The translations under genes were made by a program, and so were the position numbers. A stretch of DNA of 64,000 nucleotides from Chrysomallon squamiferum (lineage: Eukaryota > Animalia > Mollusca), in contig CM022670.1 in assembly GCA_012295275.1 (NCBI GenBank), forward strand, positions 27,404,001-27,468,000. The letters run 5' to 3'. The number at the start of each line of letters is the position of its first letter. Position 1 is the first letter of the stretch. Below, one piece after another: positions 50,325-64,000 of the stretch. The notes under the pieces were generated by a model, which was not told the DNA's origin, made no database searches, and was given only the letters and a program-made list of their open reading frames with translations.

Positions 50325-53300
50325 CTATAATACTGTGACTTTTTCATTGGGTCGATTTTCTTCCTCATCTGAGCCATCTGTAACAAACAGTGGAACTGAC
50401 AGTGCTGCTATACCTGGTGGGTTTATAACACCTGCAACTACACTGTAATCAGGACACTGTTTTTCACGTCTTCTTTCTATGAAGTTGTCTATCCATGACT
50501 TAATTTTTTGCAACAAGGCCAGGCAGACGTACAGTCCTGGCATTGTAAACATTACCCACATTGGTATGGATGATGCCAAATCAGCATCTGGTTGTGGTAG
50601 AGAGAACCGCAGAGCTGCCAGAACGATCAGACAGTTGAAGCTTGAGGATTCCAGTGCAATTGACTTTATAAACCGAACCTTCTGGCGACAAGCTACAGCC
50701 AAAACGAAACCTGTCCCACTGCCACACAGAGGCAGCAGTATTGCTCCAAGTAAGGTATAGTTGTCAATCATTTCAAACACGTACATATTGATGTATACTC
50801 CAAGAGTGATAAAGAGAATTGTTGCTAGAAGCAGCAAGGGTTTGATAAGCCACATAAGAATTGCATCCGCAACAAAAGGTTTGAATCTGTTTATCACTAG
50901 TCCGAATGTATAAGCAAAGAAAGTGGATGCCAGCCATATTTCAAAATTGTAAATAGGAATGATTCGAGCAGCTCTTTCTTCAACACCCCTTTGAAAATAC
51001 TGACCTAGAACAAATATCCATAAAGGTGCTGTGCCTGAAAATAGAAAATAAAATTTATTAGAAACAAACAGCATTTGAACATTTTGTTGTTACTGGTTTC
51101 ATTATTAGCACTGCTGTCAGTGCTGCTCCTACCATTGTTATTGTTTAGATATAAAATGGACATTGGAAATCTTGGAACAGAAAAAAAAAAATAAAAATCA
51201 TTTCATAATTTTTCAAAATGTTCAACAATTTAAGAAACTTAAGTATGTTTAAGATATAAAATATCCCATAATTATAACAGGAAATCCTGTGTTGCCATCC
51301 TGTAGACTTGATGTTGTCAGTTAATAGCTCTTGATATTCATGTCTTGAGGCTTGTCTGGATTGGAAGTAGCCTTTGGTCATATCAAAGAGTACTGAATTT
51401 GTGAGCCATTCCATCTTGAGTGCATACTTTGTCTCTAAATTTTTTATTTGAAACTTAGAACTTTTTTCATTTTATTGAGTGCCAGTCATTTGAGGTAAAT
51501 GTAATTGATGCCATTGATACAATTGATGCTGTTAAAACCAGTGGATAATCACATGATTCTATACAACATGAAATAAAAGTTACTGCATATTCAATCTTTA
51601 TTGCACTGTTAGGTGGAATGAGACTGACTGTCTTACACAAAGGTGTAATTATTTGCCAGACAGTGTAACTGTTAGGTTCTGAAATCAGCCGAGTATCAGA
51701 ACCATTACTGAATGGCTCAAAGAAGAAATTAGTGTGTGGAAATGAGACAGACATGCAAAGTACCACGATACCATGCAGGCAGGGACAAAAAAGAAATAAT
51801 AAAAAAAATGAAGTTACCATGTTTTTGGTGTTATTATTATTTTTATTTATTAGTATTATTATTATTATTTTTAAGGTTAGAAAAATATAATTCAACTGAT
51901 TAGGTTCCTGTTAATTTCATACATGCAGTTTTTTCTTTTAAATGAAATTTAATTACATATTCTGTGATAGTTATTTACTGCCAAAGAGTGGACTCTCTCT
52001 TATTTTACTGTAAGCAGCAAGGGATCTTTTATATGTTCATGTACTGCCTCTGAACCTTGGGAAGTATCTAGCTGAATCTAGACATCTGGCTAAGCATTAA
52101 GATTTTGATAACAAAATTAATTTCTGAAATACACTAGCCAAGGGCACAGTGTGACAGACAGTCTGCTGGGTTATTTATAAGAAAATGTTTATTTGCTAAT
52201 TAGCATAATTATTACACTAGGAAACAATAGTCAGTTGTAGAATCACCCATCTGGATCAATTTTAAACCTGTCAGTTTACTGTAATTTCAGTAATTAATGT
52301 GATAATGGACATTACTTAGCACTAATTGTGTATTAAACTCTTGATAGAAGGAAAACAGCCCATAATAGGTAAATCATTTCCACGTTGCTATCAGCACTCA
52401 CAGAGAGAATAAGACTATATTACACTCCATTACCTATAAGTGTGTTACTATAGCAATAATAGTATTCTTTATCAGTACTTGCTTTTGTCACTGAATGTCA
52501 TTGCTTGTTTGTTCGGACAGTTATTTTGTCTTGTTGAATATAAATGTCTGTGGTAAAGTGTGTCAGTGTTATTATGGACATTGTCTAGGTAACATTTGTC
52601 TGCTGGCAGTTAGGCCTCATCTTAAATGATAAATTTAAAAAAAAATAATAATAATAAACAAATAAATAATGAACTTAGATTTTTAGTGACCAAACAAAAA
52701 TCTGAATATGAGCTTAAATTTTACATTTTAATGATTTTAAACATCTTGTAAAGAAATGATAACTATCTTAATCATCATTGCTAATAACAGTTAATAAAGT
52801 TTTCATATCTGTCCAGTATTCCAAAATTTGTACCTGACTTCTGTTATTTAGTATTACTGCAGTTCTTTTTTAAGAAACGTGCATGGAATAAACATATACT
52901 AGTTAAAATAAGTAAATAAATTAAGAAGAATTTTTTTTTTAAATTTATTGTTTATATTTAAGGCTTGTAAAGATTAGCATTACAAAAGATTGATTGACAT
53001 TAATTTTATTAAACCATAATTACTGTTCTTGTTACCTTAATTTCCAGATTTAATTATTTTAAAAAGAATCTTCAAGGTTAATTTTAAATAGTTTGTGTTG
53101 AACTGAAACATTTGTTCTGTCAGGAATGAAGACCATCAGCAACTATTAATCACAATGCATGAAAAAATATTTTGGTAATTAACTAGCATATATAAATAAT
53201 TTTAACTTAAACATTTATTAACATGTATTTTTTTTATACTGTTTGGATTTTAGCCCACATATGTCTTTACTGTTCCTTTCTTACAGGATTAGAAAGTATT

Positions 53301-55547
53301 TTAAACAGAATGCTGATTTATTCAGTTGTTTCTTTGTTATCCTTATAGTTAATTTACCAATAGTTTTCATATCTTAAACTAAACATGTTTGATTGAATGT
53401 TAGTACCAGTTAATAATAAACGTCTTCAGTGTTAGCTTCAGACATTATTTAATCCAATGCAAAAATATATGTATGAAAAATTAATTACAAATATACATAA
53501 ATACATATGTTGTGTTATTATTCCACTGCATAGGAGCAAAGAAAATATTTTTATTTAAAAATAAATTAAAAAGTAAGAAATTACTCGCACTTGTTTCAAC
53601 TTTGAAGTTTTTGGGTGCATTTATGAAAAGGATGCTAAATGTTAATGTATTTTACCAGTACACATTTGTTAGCCTGTCACTGTATTTAAATGTTTTGTTT
53701 ACTTTATTGATCATCTTTTGATTAGAATCTTGAATATGACTTGTATGTAATTCTCAGTGCAAAAAAAAAAAAAAAAAAAATTCTAACAGTGACACAATGA
53801 AATCTGAGTCTACTACAGCAGATGAAATAATAAAAAGTCCATCTATTTATTATTTTGCTTGTTACTTTTCTTTTGTCCCTAGTGAATAAGAAATTGAAGG
53901 CTATTTTTCCATTTTCATTTTTCTGCTATTCTTATGTTGGTGTGTCTGAATGTTCCAGCTGATTTGATTTATCCCTGGACATAATATGATGAGATGTCAA
54001 TGTGAGTATAAAAACATGGCTGTAATGTTACTTCCTATTCTGAAGAATGCTTCTTTGCTGGTTTAAGTATTGAATGTCAGTGATCCAGTTCTCTCATGTG
54101 ATAAACTTAACTTGATTGTCATCAGCTATCTGGTGCTCCGTAAAGCTGCCAGAGTTTTTAATATGCATCTGATGCAGACTGTAAATCCAAGTTCAGTCCA
54201 ATAATCAGATATGTTATTCAGTGGCTTCATTGCAGTCTTTACAGTTAAACAGCTAGTAGGCTTGGCAGGCACAGTGTATCTGTATCAAGAATGATCTTTT
54301 TCTTCTTCTTCATATTATTATTATTATATCCCATGAGTTTTAGCTGCATTCTGTTTGTTCCTTGCTTTCATTCATTTTTCTATTCCTGTTTGAGATTATT
54401 TCCCATTCACCCTGGTTTCTTCAAATGGTTTATCAAGCCAAACTATATGCTTTCCAATCTATGAATTAGTATATATAAAAGATCCCATGCTATAAACTGA
54501 TAATAGAGGCTGATGAAATAGCAGCATTTCTCTCAATAAAGTATGAAAACTACTGACATCTAATAATCATTAATAATAAAAATGACCTCAATTGTTTGTG
54601 TAAACAGAATATTCTTTCACTAATTTTTTCTTTTTCCCCTGGAGCAATGTTTTGTATGAAATTATATTTTTAAAAATTAATCATTCCATTTAAATATCTT
54701 AAGCAGAATAACATTAACTTTAATAGCTTCTGATCTTTTGTGCATCAAAAACAATTTAAAATAATAAATAAATATTTTTAAATCTTTGATTCCTTCGCTT
54801 TCATTAACTGCTCCACAAATACCATTCTAAAGGATAAAAAAATATATATATATTGATTACATTAACTGATAATTTATTTTAAAAGTGAATGCTTTGGTGG
54901 TATCCTGATTTAATCAGTGACTTAGTTATGATTAGCTGCAAAGCAACACATTGTTAATATAAAAAATTCTGAACACTGAAAAGAATTTTATAAGCTGGAG
55001 TCGAAGAAACGTTGAGGCATGTGCCATGTCTAGCTCTATTTAGGCCTGATAATTTCAGTGCACTTCATCCAACATCCCTTTGAATAATTGAAGTCTGTAA
55101 ATTAACTGGCACTTTGATGTTATTGATTTCTGGTCCCATGCGAGACTACGAGACAGATTTTTGCCCAGAATTCACTGGCCATTTTGTTGAAGATAGAACT
55201 CTTTCTTGTCATTCGAGTCAAATTTGTTTTCCCATTCTTAATGCTTGGGTTACAAATACATAGTAGAGACCAATTTCAGCTGATTGGCTTATCCAGTGTA
55301 AGAGTATATACAAGCATTTGTAAATGGCAGAACTCACGTACAAGAAATCTGTCACAAGTGATTAGTTAACATGTTAATATTGATGGCTCTGGATCACTGA
55401 TTGTCCAGGGAGGCATTTTCTGAAATGTTTTGCTGTGTTCAGGCAAAAATTCTTTTTAATGTGTTTTAAATCTTTTTCAGTTAGTATTAAGAATATAAAC
55501 AGTGTTAATGGATTATTTATTTATTTTTGTTTTTATTTTATTACTGT

Positions 55548-55578
<31 letters not shown>

Positions 55579-55983
55579 GAGAGAATTTTTTTTTTATTCC
55601 ATTATGTAGGTATATGAATCAGTAAATATGCCAAGCAAAATATTTAAAGAAATTAAACTATTCATTTTTTTCTTTCTATGATAAAATAAAATTTTAATTA
55701 AAATGAAATAAAATGTGAATCAGAATTACCTTTATAAGGTATCTTATAACCAATTTAAAATAATATGTTTAAATAAAAATAAAAATGGAGTAAATTTTCT
55801 TCTTTACTTACCAAGCATTGCAACGATGCTGATCATATTCATTGTAAGACTCAGTGGAACATCGGCGTTGCCAATGACAACAGACACGTGTCCGAAGCCA
55901 CCACCAGGCACACAGGCCACACACAACAAACCAAAACGCACATCTTTGTCCACTGGCAGCATCATGGCCAGACCAAAAGCAAC
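50325..55983 (-). CDS. SLC10 family (sodium/bile-acid symporter-like) membrane protein, last two coding exons; 5' exons not found in window
   Basis: Exons 55983-55812 and 51034-50325 join in frame (phase 1): VAFGLAMML...ACVPGGG...ADVPLSLTM...LGTAPLW...SIALESSSFN. This is the SBF-family pattern. Confidence 0.88.
52013..52035 (+). repeat. Core of a dispersed repeat (probable old SINE relic); further copies at 49256-49270 (-) and 54471-54491 (-)
   Basis: GGGATCTTTTATAT(G) occurs three times within 5.3 kb in both orientations. More degenerate related sequence may lie at about 35290-35370 and 58230-58405. Confidence 0.5.
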
Positions 55984-57853
55984 CTGCAATAAAATATATT
56001 TAATGTAATTTTAAATCAATTAAAAATATGTGAGCAAGAAATATTTGAGTCATGTGCTGATAATTCAAAGATATTGAAAATCAAGGTTTTCCAAAATGGC
56101 TACTTCATTTTTTTTACGAGAATGGTAAACCTATACATTTTTATGGAATTTGAAAACCTTTGTTTTTCAATCTCTCTGTTGAGAGTAAATAAAAAATGTA
56201 GATAAAATGTCACTGATCATACTTTTTTTTTTCTCAAATATCAAGGCTTTCAATATGAACAACATAAAATAGTAAAAATTAAAAAAACACAACAAAAAAC
56301 AACAAATTACCCCCTTAATAATTCAAATGTTTATAAAATTGTAATCTTATATTTAAACATTAAAACTACACTAGTCAAAATAAACATTTTAACAGCTGTA
56401 TTTAAATTAGCATGTTACAAACTGTAGGTTAGTCTGAGAGTGCAGTTTTAAAATTGTTATTTTCCCTGGAGTATAAATTCTGTATATTAAAAAAACAAAA
56501 ACAGAAACAACAACTTATGTAATAATATACACTGAATAAGATACTCAATCACTGTAAACTGATTACTGAGTTTAAGTTTGTTTCAGAGACAAACATTTAT
56601 CATCATTATATGTTTTGTTACAATATGGTGGGATTTTGTCAGATGTACAGCCATTCTGATAACAGGGTTTTGTTCCGTCTTGTTTGCAAATCAATGAATA
56701 ATAAATGCTGTGTCGATATCATTGTCCGCAAGTACATGTTTAAATGCTTTAAAATGTTGTTTTGCTAATGTTTTTTTTTAATGCATTTTCATGGAATATG
56801 TTTAAGTGCTGGTAAATATTTGAGTTCATCAGTGTATAACTTTTTATGTATTTGTGTATTAGTACATGTTAAAGTTACATTCAATGCTTCAGTTATATTT
56901 GGAATTAATATATGGATTATTTTCAAGTGTATGTTGAATTTCTATTTGAATTTAAGTTGTTACATTTATTGATCCGTGAATTTTAAAAACAAATTCATGA
57001 AGTACATATTAAACTAATTTTAAAAATTCATTGTTGTATTTATCAGTTGCTTTATCTACAGGTTTTTCATATTAAGGTGCTGTTCAATGTTTCTGTTATG
57101 TTTATCACTGAAAACCTTTATCTGTTTTCATCCTGCAACTAACACCTACTGATATATTTGATGCAAGAGATATTATAACTTTCAGTGTGAGTATAATATA
57201 CTGACAAACAACCTTTGTTCAAGTTAAATTTTTAAATGTTAATTTAGTGAGCAAATGATTTTTGTATTGTGGGAGAGAGTATTGTGATGTGCAATATATA
57301 GATGTAACAAGATTTTAAAAACAACATGTATTTTAAAAAATTATATAATGATTCAGGCAAGTAAACCTTGGTAGGTTTTGGTATATTATTATCATTATCT
57401 GTATCTCATTTGATATCAAGATATTGTGTTAGTGAAGTATTTCTATTTACATCATAGTTGGAAAATTACTAAAAATAAAAATTAGAAATAATAAAAAATT
57501 ATTCAATGAGGCTGACCTCAAAGTCTTTCTTATTGTTTAACATAAAACTATGTTTAACACGGATTCCCTTCTCTGAAAACTGAACCAAATGAACCTGCAT
57601 ATAAACAAATACATTTCAACCTTCATGTGAAGACCACCTGTTAAAAATGACCTTTTAGAAAATTCTTAGGTTGGCTTGTACTTCAAAGTGATAAGCACAG
57701 ACTGTACTTGATAACCTTGTTCAACCCAGAAAACAATTGTTGTATGAATATTTAATAATAAAATACACACGCCTATCACTGGTATTGAGTCTGATATTGT
57801 GATTGAAACAGTAAACAGAAACCAGGGAACAAATAAGAAGTAATAAGACCAGA

Positions 57854-57915
57854 TAACAGACATGTGATAATTTCATCCTGTTAACAGACATGTGATAATT
57901 TCATCCTGTTAACAG
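57854..57915. repeat. Short perfect tandem duplication (28-bp unit x2)
   Basis: AACAGACATGTGATAATTTCATCCTGTT is repeated twice. Confidence 0.9.
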
Positions 57916-60587
57916 TTTCTGTGTCATATTATATATTTATATTCTGTATAGAAAAAGTGGGTAGATATTTATAACTGAATGTTATAAGAGCTGTAATGAA
58001 AACAGTAACTGTGTTCTATGAATAATTATTACGATTTACCTGACCTAGAATGATAAAGCTATTACCAGTCTTCAAAGTAAATGAATAAAGCTTATTCCAT
58101 TTCAGTGGATCAGTTAGTGACTTTACTTAATGACACTGGACCACATTTCAGTTGTAATGGTTATTTTTCAAACATTAGCTTTGTATAATAATAATATGAA
58201 GAAGAAGAAACTATTCTCCATTGGTAATGGAACTTTTATATGGATTATTTCCCCCACATAGTCAGAAAAAAATCTACTCTAATTGATAAACCATTAATGG
58301 AGCATTGGTTAGAAAAGAAAAAAGTTAACAGGTGTACTAGAGAGATTGATCCTGTGATATATAAAGCATTAGATCAATATTAACACAGGGAGCTACAGAT
58401 CACTCGTTTCTTTCTTTTGGGGATTCAGTGACTGCTTCTCAGAACTAAGCTCATCAGCTAAATGTCTGTTTTAAACTTTTCTTAACCCTTGACTGAACAT
58501 TGCAACAGTTCCAGAAACAAGCTAATAAACAAAAGATGATGGCTCAAAGATAGAAAAACTCAGAAATGTTCTATGATTGTGTATAATACTCTGCTTTAAT
58601 AGAACACATGGTGTTGCCATGCACCAGGATGTTTCTGAAATCATTATAGACAAGTGCAAGTGAAGAGAACTTCAGTATAAACAGTTAGTTCCCATGCTGT
58701 CCATCACACATACTTAGTTAACATAGCACAGCACTAAGCCAGTTCCAGAAACTTTATAAAATAAACCTATAACAGTGCTTAGTGACAACAGTACAGGTTA
58801 TCCTATTCAGTGATATATATAAATTATATATAACAACTGATAAGTAAATTAATTTTCTTATGTTCATTCTAGGGCATGTATTAATATTTCTGCATAATGT
58901 AAATATGACAGTTAAAAGAGTTAAATTTTATTGCTTTATTTGTGCTTCAAGTTTATGTACAGTACTATTGCTTGCCATAGACTGAATCTTTAAACTGGAT
59001 TTGGTATTTTATGTTTACCTGGAGCAAAACCAATGCATGGCACAAATTCTTGGAAATAATAATGATAAATATATATAAATGCATTAAATGAAAACAGTTT
59101 AATCACTTCAGTCTGCCCATTGATGCATTCACAGTGTCATATTGCTTAATATGTCTCAACTGTTTATTTTGAGTTGTTATTTTAAACAACTAAGCACTAA
59201 AGGACAAGATGATGTTAATCAGAGCAGTTTCAAATAATAAATTCAGATGTGGCTGACATTTCATTTGCTGTTGCTACAACAAGGATATCAAACAAGACAG
59301 CATGTCATTGATTTACTGAAATAGTCTTTTTTTTATCCCATCTTGTTTAACCCAATTTTTCCAATGTTAATTTTAGTTGATTGCTGTCTTTCACTTGTCA
59401 AATTACATTACCTTTTTATTGTCATTTAGAAAAGAGAAAATTATAACAAATTTAATAAATTAGAATAATTTTCAAATGAGAAATAGAATTTGTTAGACAG
59501 CCAATTATTTACATATTATAAAAAGTTTTCTTTTAGTATGTGAATATACTGACAGTCTAGACAAATAGAACATAATGACTGAACATACAAACCTACTGAC
59601 AGTTTAAACAACTGAACTTTATGCTCAGATATATTTCAAAAGAACAAGAACATATAAGCTTCAACATAGTTACAGCCTGGATAACATAACATTTTTTAAC
59701 ATTTTGACAATGAAGATAATGTGACATTTTGTTATTCATATTTTTTTAATTATTGCTAACAACCATCGACTGTGAGTCTGACCTAAATTCCAGGCTTTAT
59801 TTCGTGTCATATTCCACCTAACATTAAGCCATAATTTCTTTAAAGCAAAATTCATTTTGAAATGAAGAGCCTATACTCTGATGATCATTAAACTATCCAA
59901 CAAGTGCCTGGAAGCTGAACACCATTCTCGAAACCACTGTTTTCTCCTCAAACAACTTAGTGACATATTGGTACAAAATCAATGCTTCCCAAGACGTCAT
60001 TATTATCAACTGATGGGCCTGAAGAATGAGCACTTGACTCAACCCACATTGAAATGGCCACTTAATCCTTATTGCCCACGCAGATACATTTGCAAAAGGT
60101 GACTATTGCAAGAGTTTTAGGTCAAATCTGGCTGCAGCTAAAACAGAAAGCAATCTTATTATTCAACTGATCTGTTTGAGTCTTGAATTGTACCAAAGGG
60201 ATTGACTGAACATTTCTCATTCACTAGTATGTTCCCTGGAACCCTTCGGGGACTGATCTAACAGAAATAACCATTTGCTGACATTTGTAGGCAATCCCAG
60301 GCTGCACCCTGAAGAAAGTGTCCAATTAGAAACATGAAGAATTTTACTGATCTCTTTCACATTAGGCATTTCTTGTTGTATGTTTGTTTTTTTTTTTTTT
60401 TTTTGAGAACTTGTCTGTTAATTAATATCCATCTTTTTATTTTTCTTCTTGTGTTTTTTCTTTCTACTATACTAAATTATAAACTGATTTTTAAAGAGAT
60501 TTGAGGCAAAAAAATAAGAACTGCTGACTGAAGTTAAATATTATTATTATTATTACTGTTGTTACTACTGATTTATTATTATTATTA

Positions 60588-60621
<34 letters not shown>

Positions 60622-62667
60622 TTTATTTTTATTATTAACAGAATAATTTACAAATATCTGAACTAATTTAATTACAGAAAGAATGCTTAGAATGATGCAC
60701 ACATGAAATTAATAACTGGTTATTTCATTAATAAACAGCAGCATCTGCTTATCCATAAAACTTTGATACCTGATATTTATGTTATGAAGAATTTATTAGC
60801 TAACACTTTGTTACTAAATACAGCCAAATTTAGTTTTTATTACTGTTTTTATTTCATTTCACTCCAGGTAATGTGAAAAAGAAAAATAGCTTATTTTAAA
60901 TATAAATTAATGATTTTTTTTTTTTTTTTTGATTTTTTAAAATAATACCTCATCTTCTTTGTCTTTTTTTAGTGTAACACATGCTTTTAGTATGATGATG
61001 GTTTGAAAGTAAAATTCTGCCCATTCAATATATATATATATATATTAGACGAAAGGAAAAACATTTTTTCTTAGGAGTCTTGTTCAAGGAAAATAATCTT
61101 TTGTTTTTATATTCACAAATATTTTTAATGAAACATGTCTTAAGAACAACTATAATAATAATAATAATAGTAATAATAATGATGATGATGATGATATAAT
61201 ATCCTCAAGTTCTCAACCCACAAAATAAAAATAATAGCATGACATTAACCAAATGTAATTATCACCAGTCGTGTTACTGTGGGTGTGATTTTGGCAGTCG
61301 TTTGCTAAATCAGTGGTGCCAGTTCACAGCCCATTTGTGTGGACTTCCTAGGATCATTAGGAAATCTGTGTATTGATTTCTGCTCTCGTCAAGTTATGAG
61401 TGCTGTGCTCATCGTCCATAATTTGAAATAACTGATTGGTATTTTACTGTTCAAACATCTCCCATATATACACGGTCAGTGTAAACATTTTTTTTTTTTT
61501 TTTGTTCAGCCTGAGTCTAGGTTGCTAAAATCATAGTGTTTTTACATTGTTTTTTTTTGTTTTGTTTTGTTCTGTTTTTGTTTTTGTTTATTTAATGAAG
61601 GAGAAATTGAAGGATTTTGATTTATGCTGAATTTTTTATTCTATTTGTTATATATTTATCATTTCTTATAGTTTATTGTTTTATTTTCATTACTGTCATT
61701 TGCTTCATCATCATCAACATTATCATCATTATTATATTCATTATTAAAATTATAAATAGAGAGAAAAAAAAATACAACTTATTTATGAAAAAGAATTGAG
61801 AACCTCTCTTATTGAGCAAATATTCCTTTACACAACTAAATTGCATTTTTTATCTCACTTTTGTTTGTTTTCTCTGAGTGTAAATATCTCTGATTTGCAA
61901 TCCGGACTGAAACTTTCATTCTAACAATGATTGTTACATTTGCATCTTAATCTGATGTTTCGTGTGTAAATTTGCACAGCTCCGAACAACACAAGTAATT
62001 GCATTATTACAGAAACCCATAGATCACCAGCGTTCAACTGATTGGCTAAACCAATGCAATTTGTTTGCATTCACCGCAGCCCCCATGCTTGCTTTTGGTT
62101 TTTCTCTTCCATTGACATAATTTCTACCACACGTGGGAGAAAAATGTTGCATACGTGATTGGCATAATTACTTGCAATTCACTCTTTCATGCCTTTGCCT
62201 TTGTCAGTATTGGTGGAAGGGATAAGCTCAATGACTGATTGGAAATCAATGAATTTATTCTTGCATGGATAGTTCATAGAACCCTGAATGCCCAAAGAAT
62301 TTTTTTTTTTCTTTTCCCTTTATTAAGTCATTAACAAATCCACCTTTCATTTTTATTTTTATTTATTTATCATTAGATTTTGTTCCTTTAGTTTTGCAGT
62401 CATTATTTCTTGCCAAGAGTGATGTTTGATCTTATTTTTATGTTCTGAACGATGCAGATCAATGGACTTCTGGCTTAAAAGCAATTGGACATGTGTACAT
62501 TTAAATGTTCATGTTAATCATTGATCATCTGCAATAGATTTCTTTTAGTTTGTTAAATATTTAATTAATCTCTTGACTAAAGTATTTTAACTCTTTTTTT
62601 TCTCATTCCAAATCAAATGTTTCAGCATACTGAAGACATTTCTTGCTTTTTAATTTTTATTATTATT

Positions 62668-62714
<47 letters not shown>

Positions 62715-63924
62715 CTTACTCTATATTTTTGTATACTTTCTCTCTCTGTATATATTTTCTCTAAGTTTCAGATTTCTTGATATATCTATGACCATCTTTT
62801 TTATATTCCATGCATGTCTTTTTTGGACTTGAAAACTTAATTTTTATTTAAAAAAAATACATTCATGTATTTTATTAGCATCAGGTAGCATCTACCTAAT
62901 TAGTAGATTTCCTGAACTAGAGACCATGCAACAAAACATCTTTAAAAAGAATGTAGCAACAATTTTTGAAAAGGATATTGTCATCGTTGTTGTGGATATA
63001 AATTTTATTATAAAAGAAAAAAAGATGGGTCTGTACAATTTACGGGATGCATGTACTTGGTGCAGCCTTTTTATTTTTAATATGCTTATGCTTAAATTAT
63101 CATGTGTAATTGTTACTTTAACCAAGTTTGCCAGATGATCTAGGAAGACAGATATAAATCTGGCTTCAAACTATCCTTTTAACGACTACCATATCTTCAG
63201 TAACTGTATTCAGTTTTAACTGCAATAATTATACATGGATAGAGATTTTTTTTAAATTATTTATTATTTCTTTCTTTCGTTGTTATTGTTATTATTATTA
63301 TTATTATTAATTTATTTATTTATTTATTTATATATTTATGTATTATTATTATTAAATTATTTATTTATATATTTATTTATTATTATCATTAATTAATTAA
63401 TTAACTTATTTATTTATTTATTTATTCTTTCTTTCTTTAATTTAAATTTATTATTATTATTATAATTTTTAATGTTTTTTTTTTTTTTTTTTTTGTCTAT
63501 ATTGTTTAAAATCATCAGATGTGCAGACATGAGTTATTTATGAGACATGATTTCACAAGATCTCTTCAGTAGTCTGACTTGTTTCTTTCCCAGGAGACGT
63601 CTCACATTCAGTGAACAAATGCTTTATTCAAAGAACACACTGCACTTGTGGCATGTTTGCAATTAGTGATCAGTAATGAGTCCCAAGATCATCAGAGAAA
63701 CCTAGACTTGTCTGCCTGCAATTCAGCCCGTCACTTTAATAGCACTTTTTTCTCAAGGGATTACTTCTTCTAGTCTTTTTTATTTTTTTTGTTATTTTGT
63801 TTTGTTATTTTGTTGTTGGTTGTATTTATTTTTATTATTATTATTGTTTTTTTTTTTTTTTTTTTCTTATACATCATTAAATATATCTATTTGTATTTTT
63901 ATTATTTATATATTATTATTATTA

Positions 63925-63955
<31 letters not shown>

Positions 63956-64000
63956 TTGGTTTCATAGTCTTTATTGAAAATGTTCGTTTTGCTGTTATAA

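Noticed and set aside
51618-51650. ATG AGA CTG ACT (MRLT) as TRAPPC13 exon 2
   Set aside because: Wrong spacing from the AG, and it continues VLHKG rather than KP.
49564-51895. ORFs at 49564, 49797, 49840, 50479, 51145 and 51467
   Set aside because: They are antisense or intronic/UTR frames without recognisable motifs or splice support.
57506-57575. MRLTSK as TRAPPC13 exon 2
   Set aside because: No acceptor AG two bases before the ATG and no further similarity.
60250-60310. PGIAYKCQ on the minus strand as the SLC10 'GI..G..CQF' exon
   Set aside because: Motif spacing is wrong and the segment is not hydrophobic.
61300-61340. MGCEL on the minus strand as an upstream SLC10 exon
   Set aside because: An in-frame stop follows within five codons and there are no suitable splice sites.
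42849-64000. SHLD3 nested in TRAPPC13 intron 1 as in vertebrates
   Set aside because: No + strand ORF of suitable length or with SHLD3-like motifs was seen in the window.

Overview
This is AT-rich, intron-containing animal genomic DNA, probably a lophotrochozoan and possibly a gastropod mollusc (inference only). Genes were assembled by hand from splice signals and reading-frame continuity. In order they are: TFIIS/TCEA (-, 9 exons, one U12-type intron); an ICAP1/ITGB1BP1-like PTB protein (+, one GC-AG intron); CCM2/malcavernin (-); two paralogous ~120-aa multi-pass membrane protein genes (+, DUF1761-like) separated by a non-autonomous hAT element carrying a 42-bp minisatellite; a BTB-BACK-Kelch gene (+); TRIM23/ARD1 (-) head-to-head with a TRAPPC13-like first exon (+) whose remaining exons were not found; a disabled transposon-like ORF; and the 3' part of an SLC10 transporter gene (-). 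The strongest observation is that ICAP1 and CCM2, the two PTB proteins that bind KRIT1 in the CCM complex, lie tail-to-tail and share three intron positions, suggesting an ancient duplication whose linkage has been retained. Also notable are the orphan TRAPPC13 exon, the His/Glu-conserving membrane protein pair, the canonical catalytic Gln in TRIM23 and the altered Na+ sites of the SLC10 protein. All homology calls come from recognition of motifs, not from database searches.
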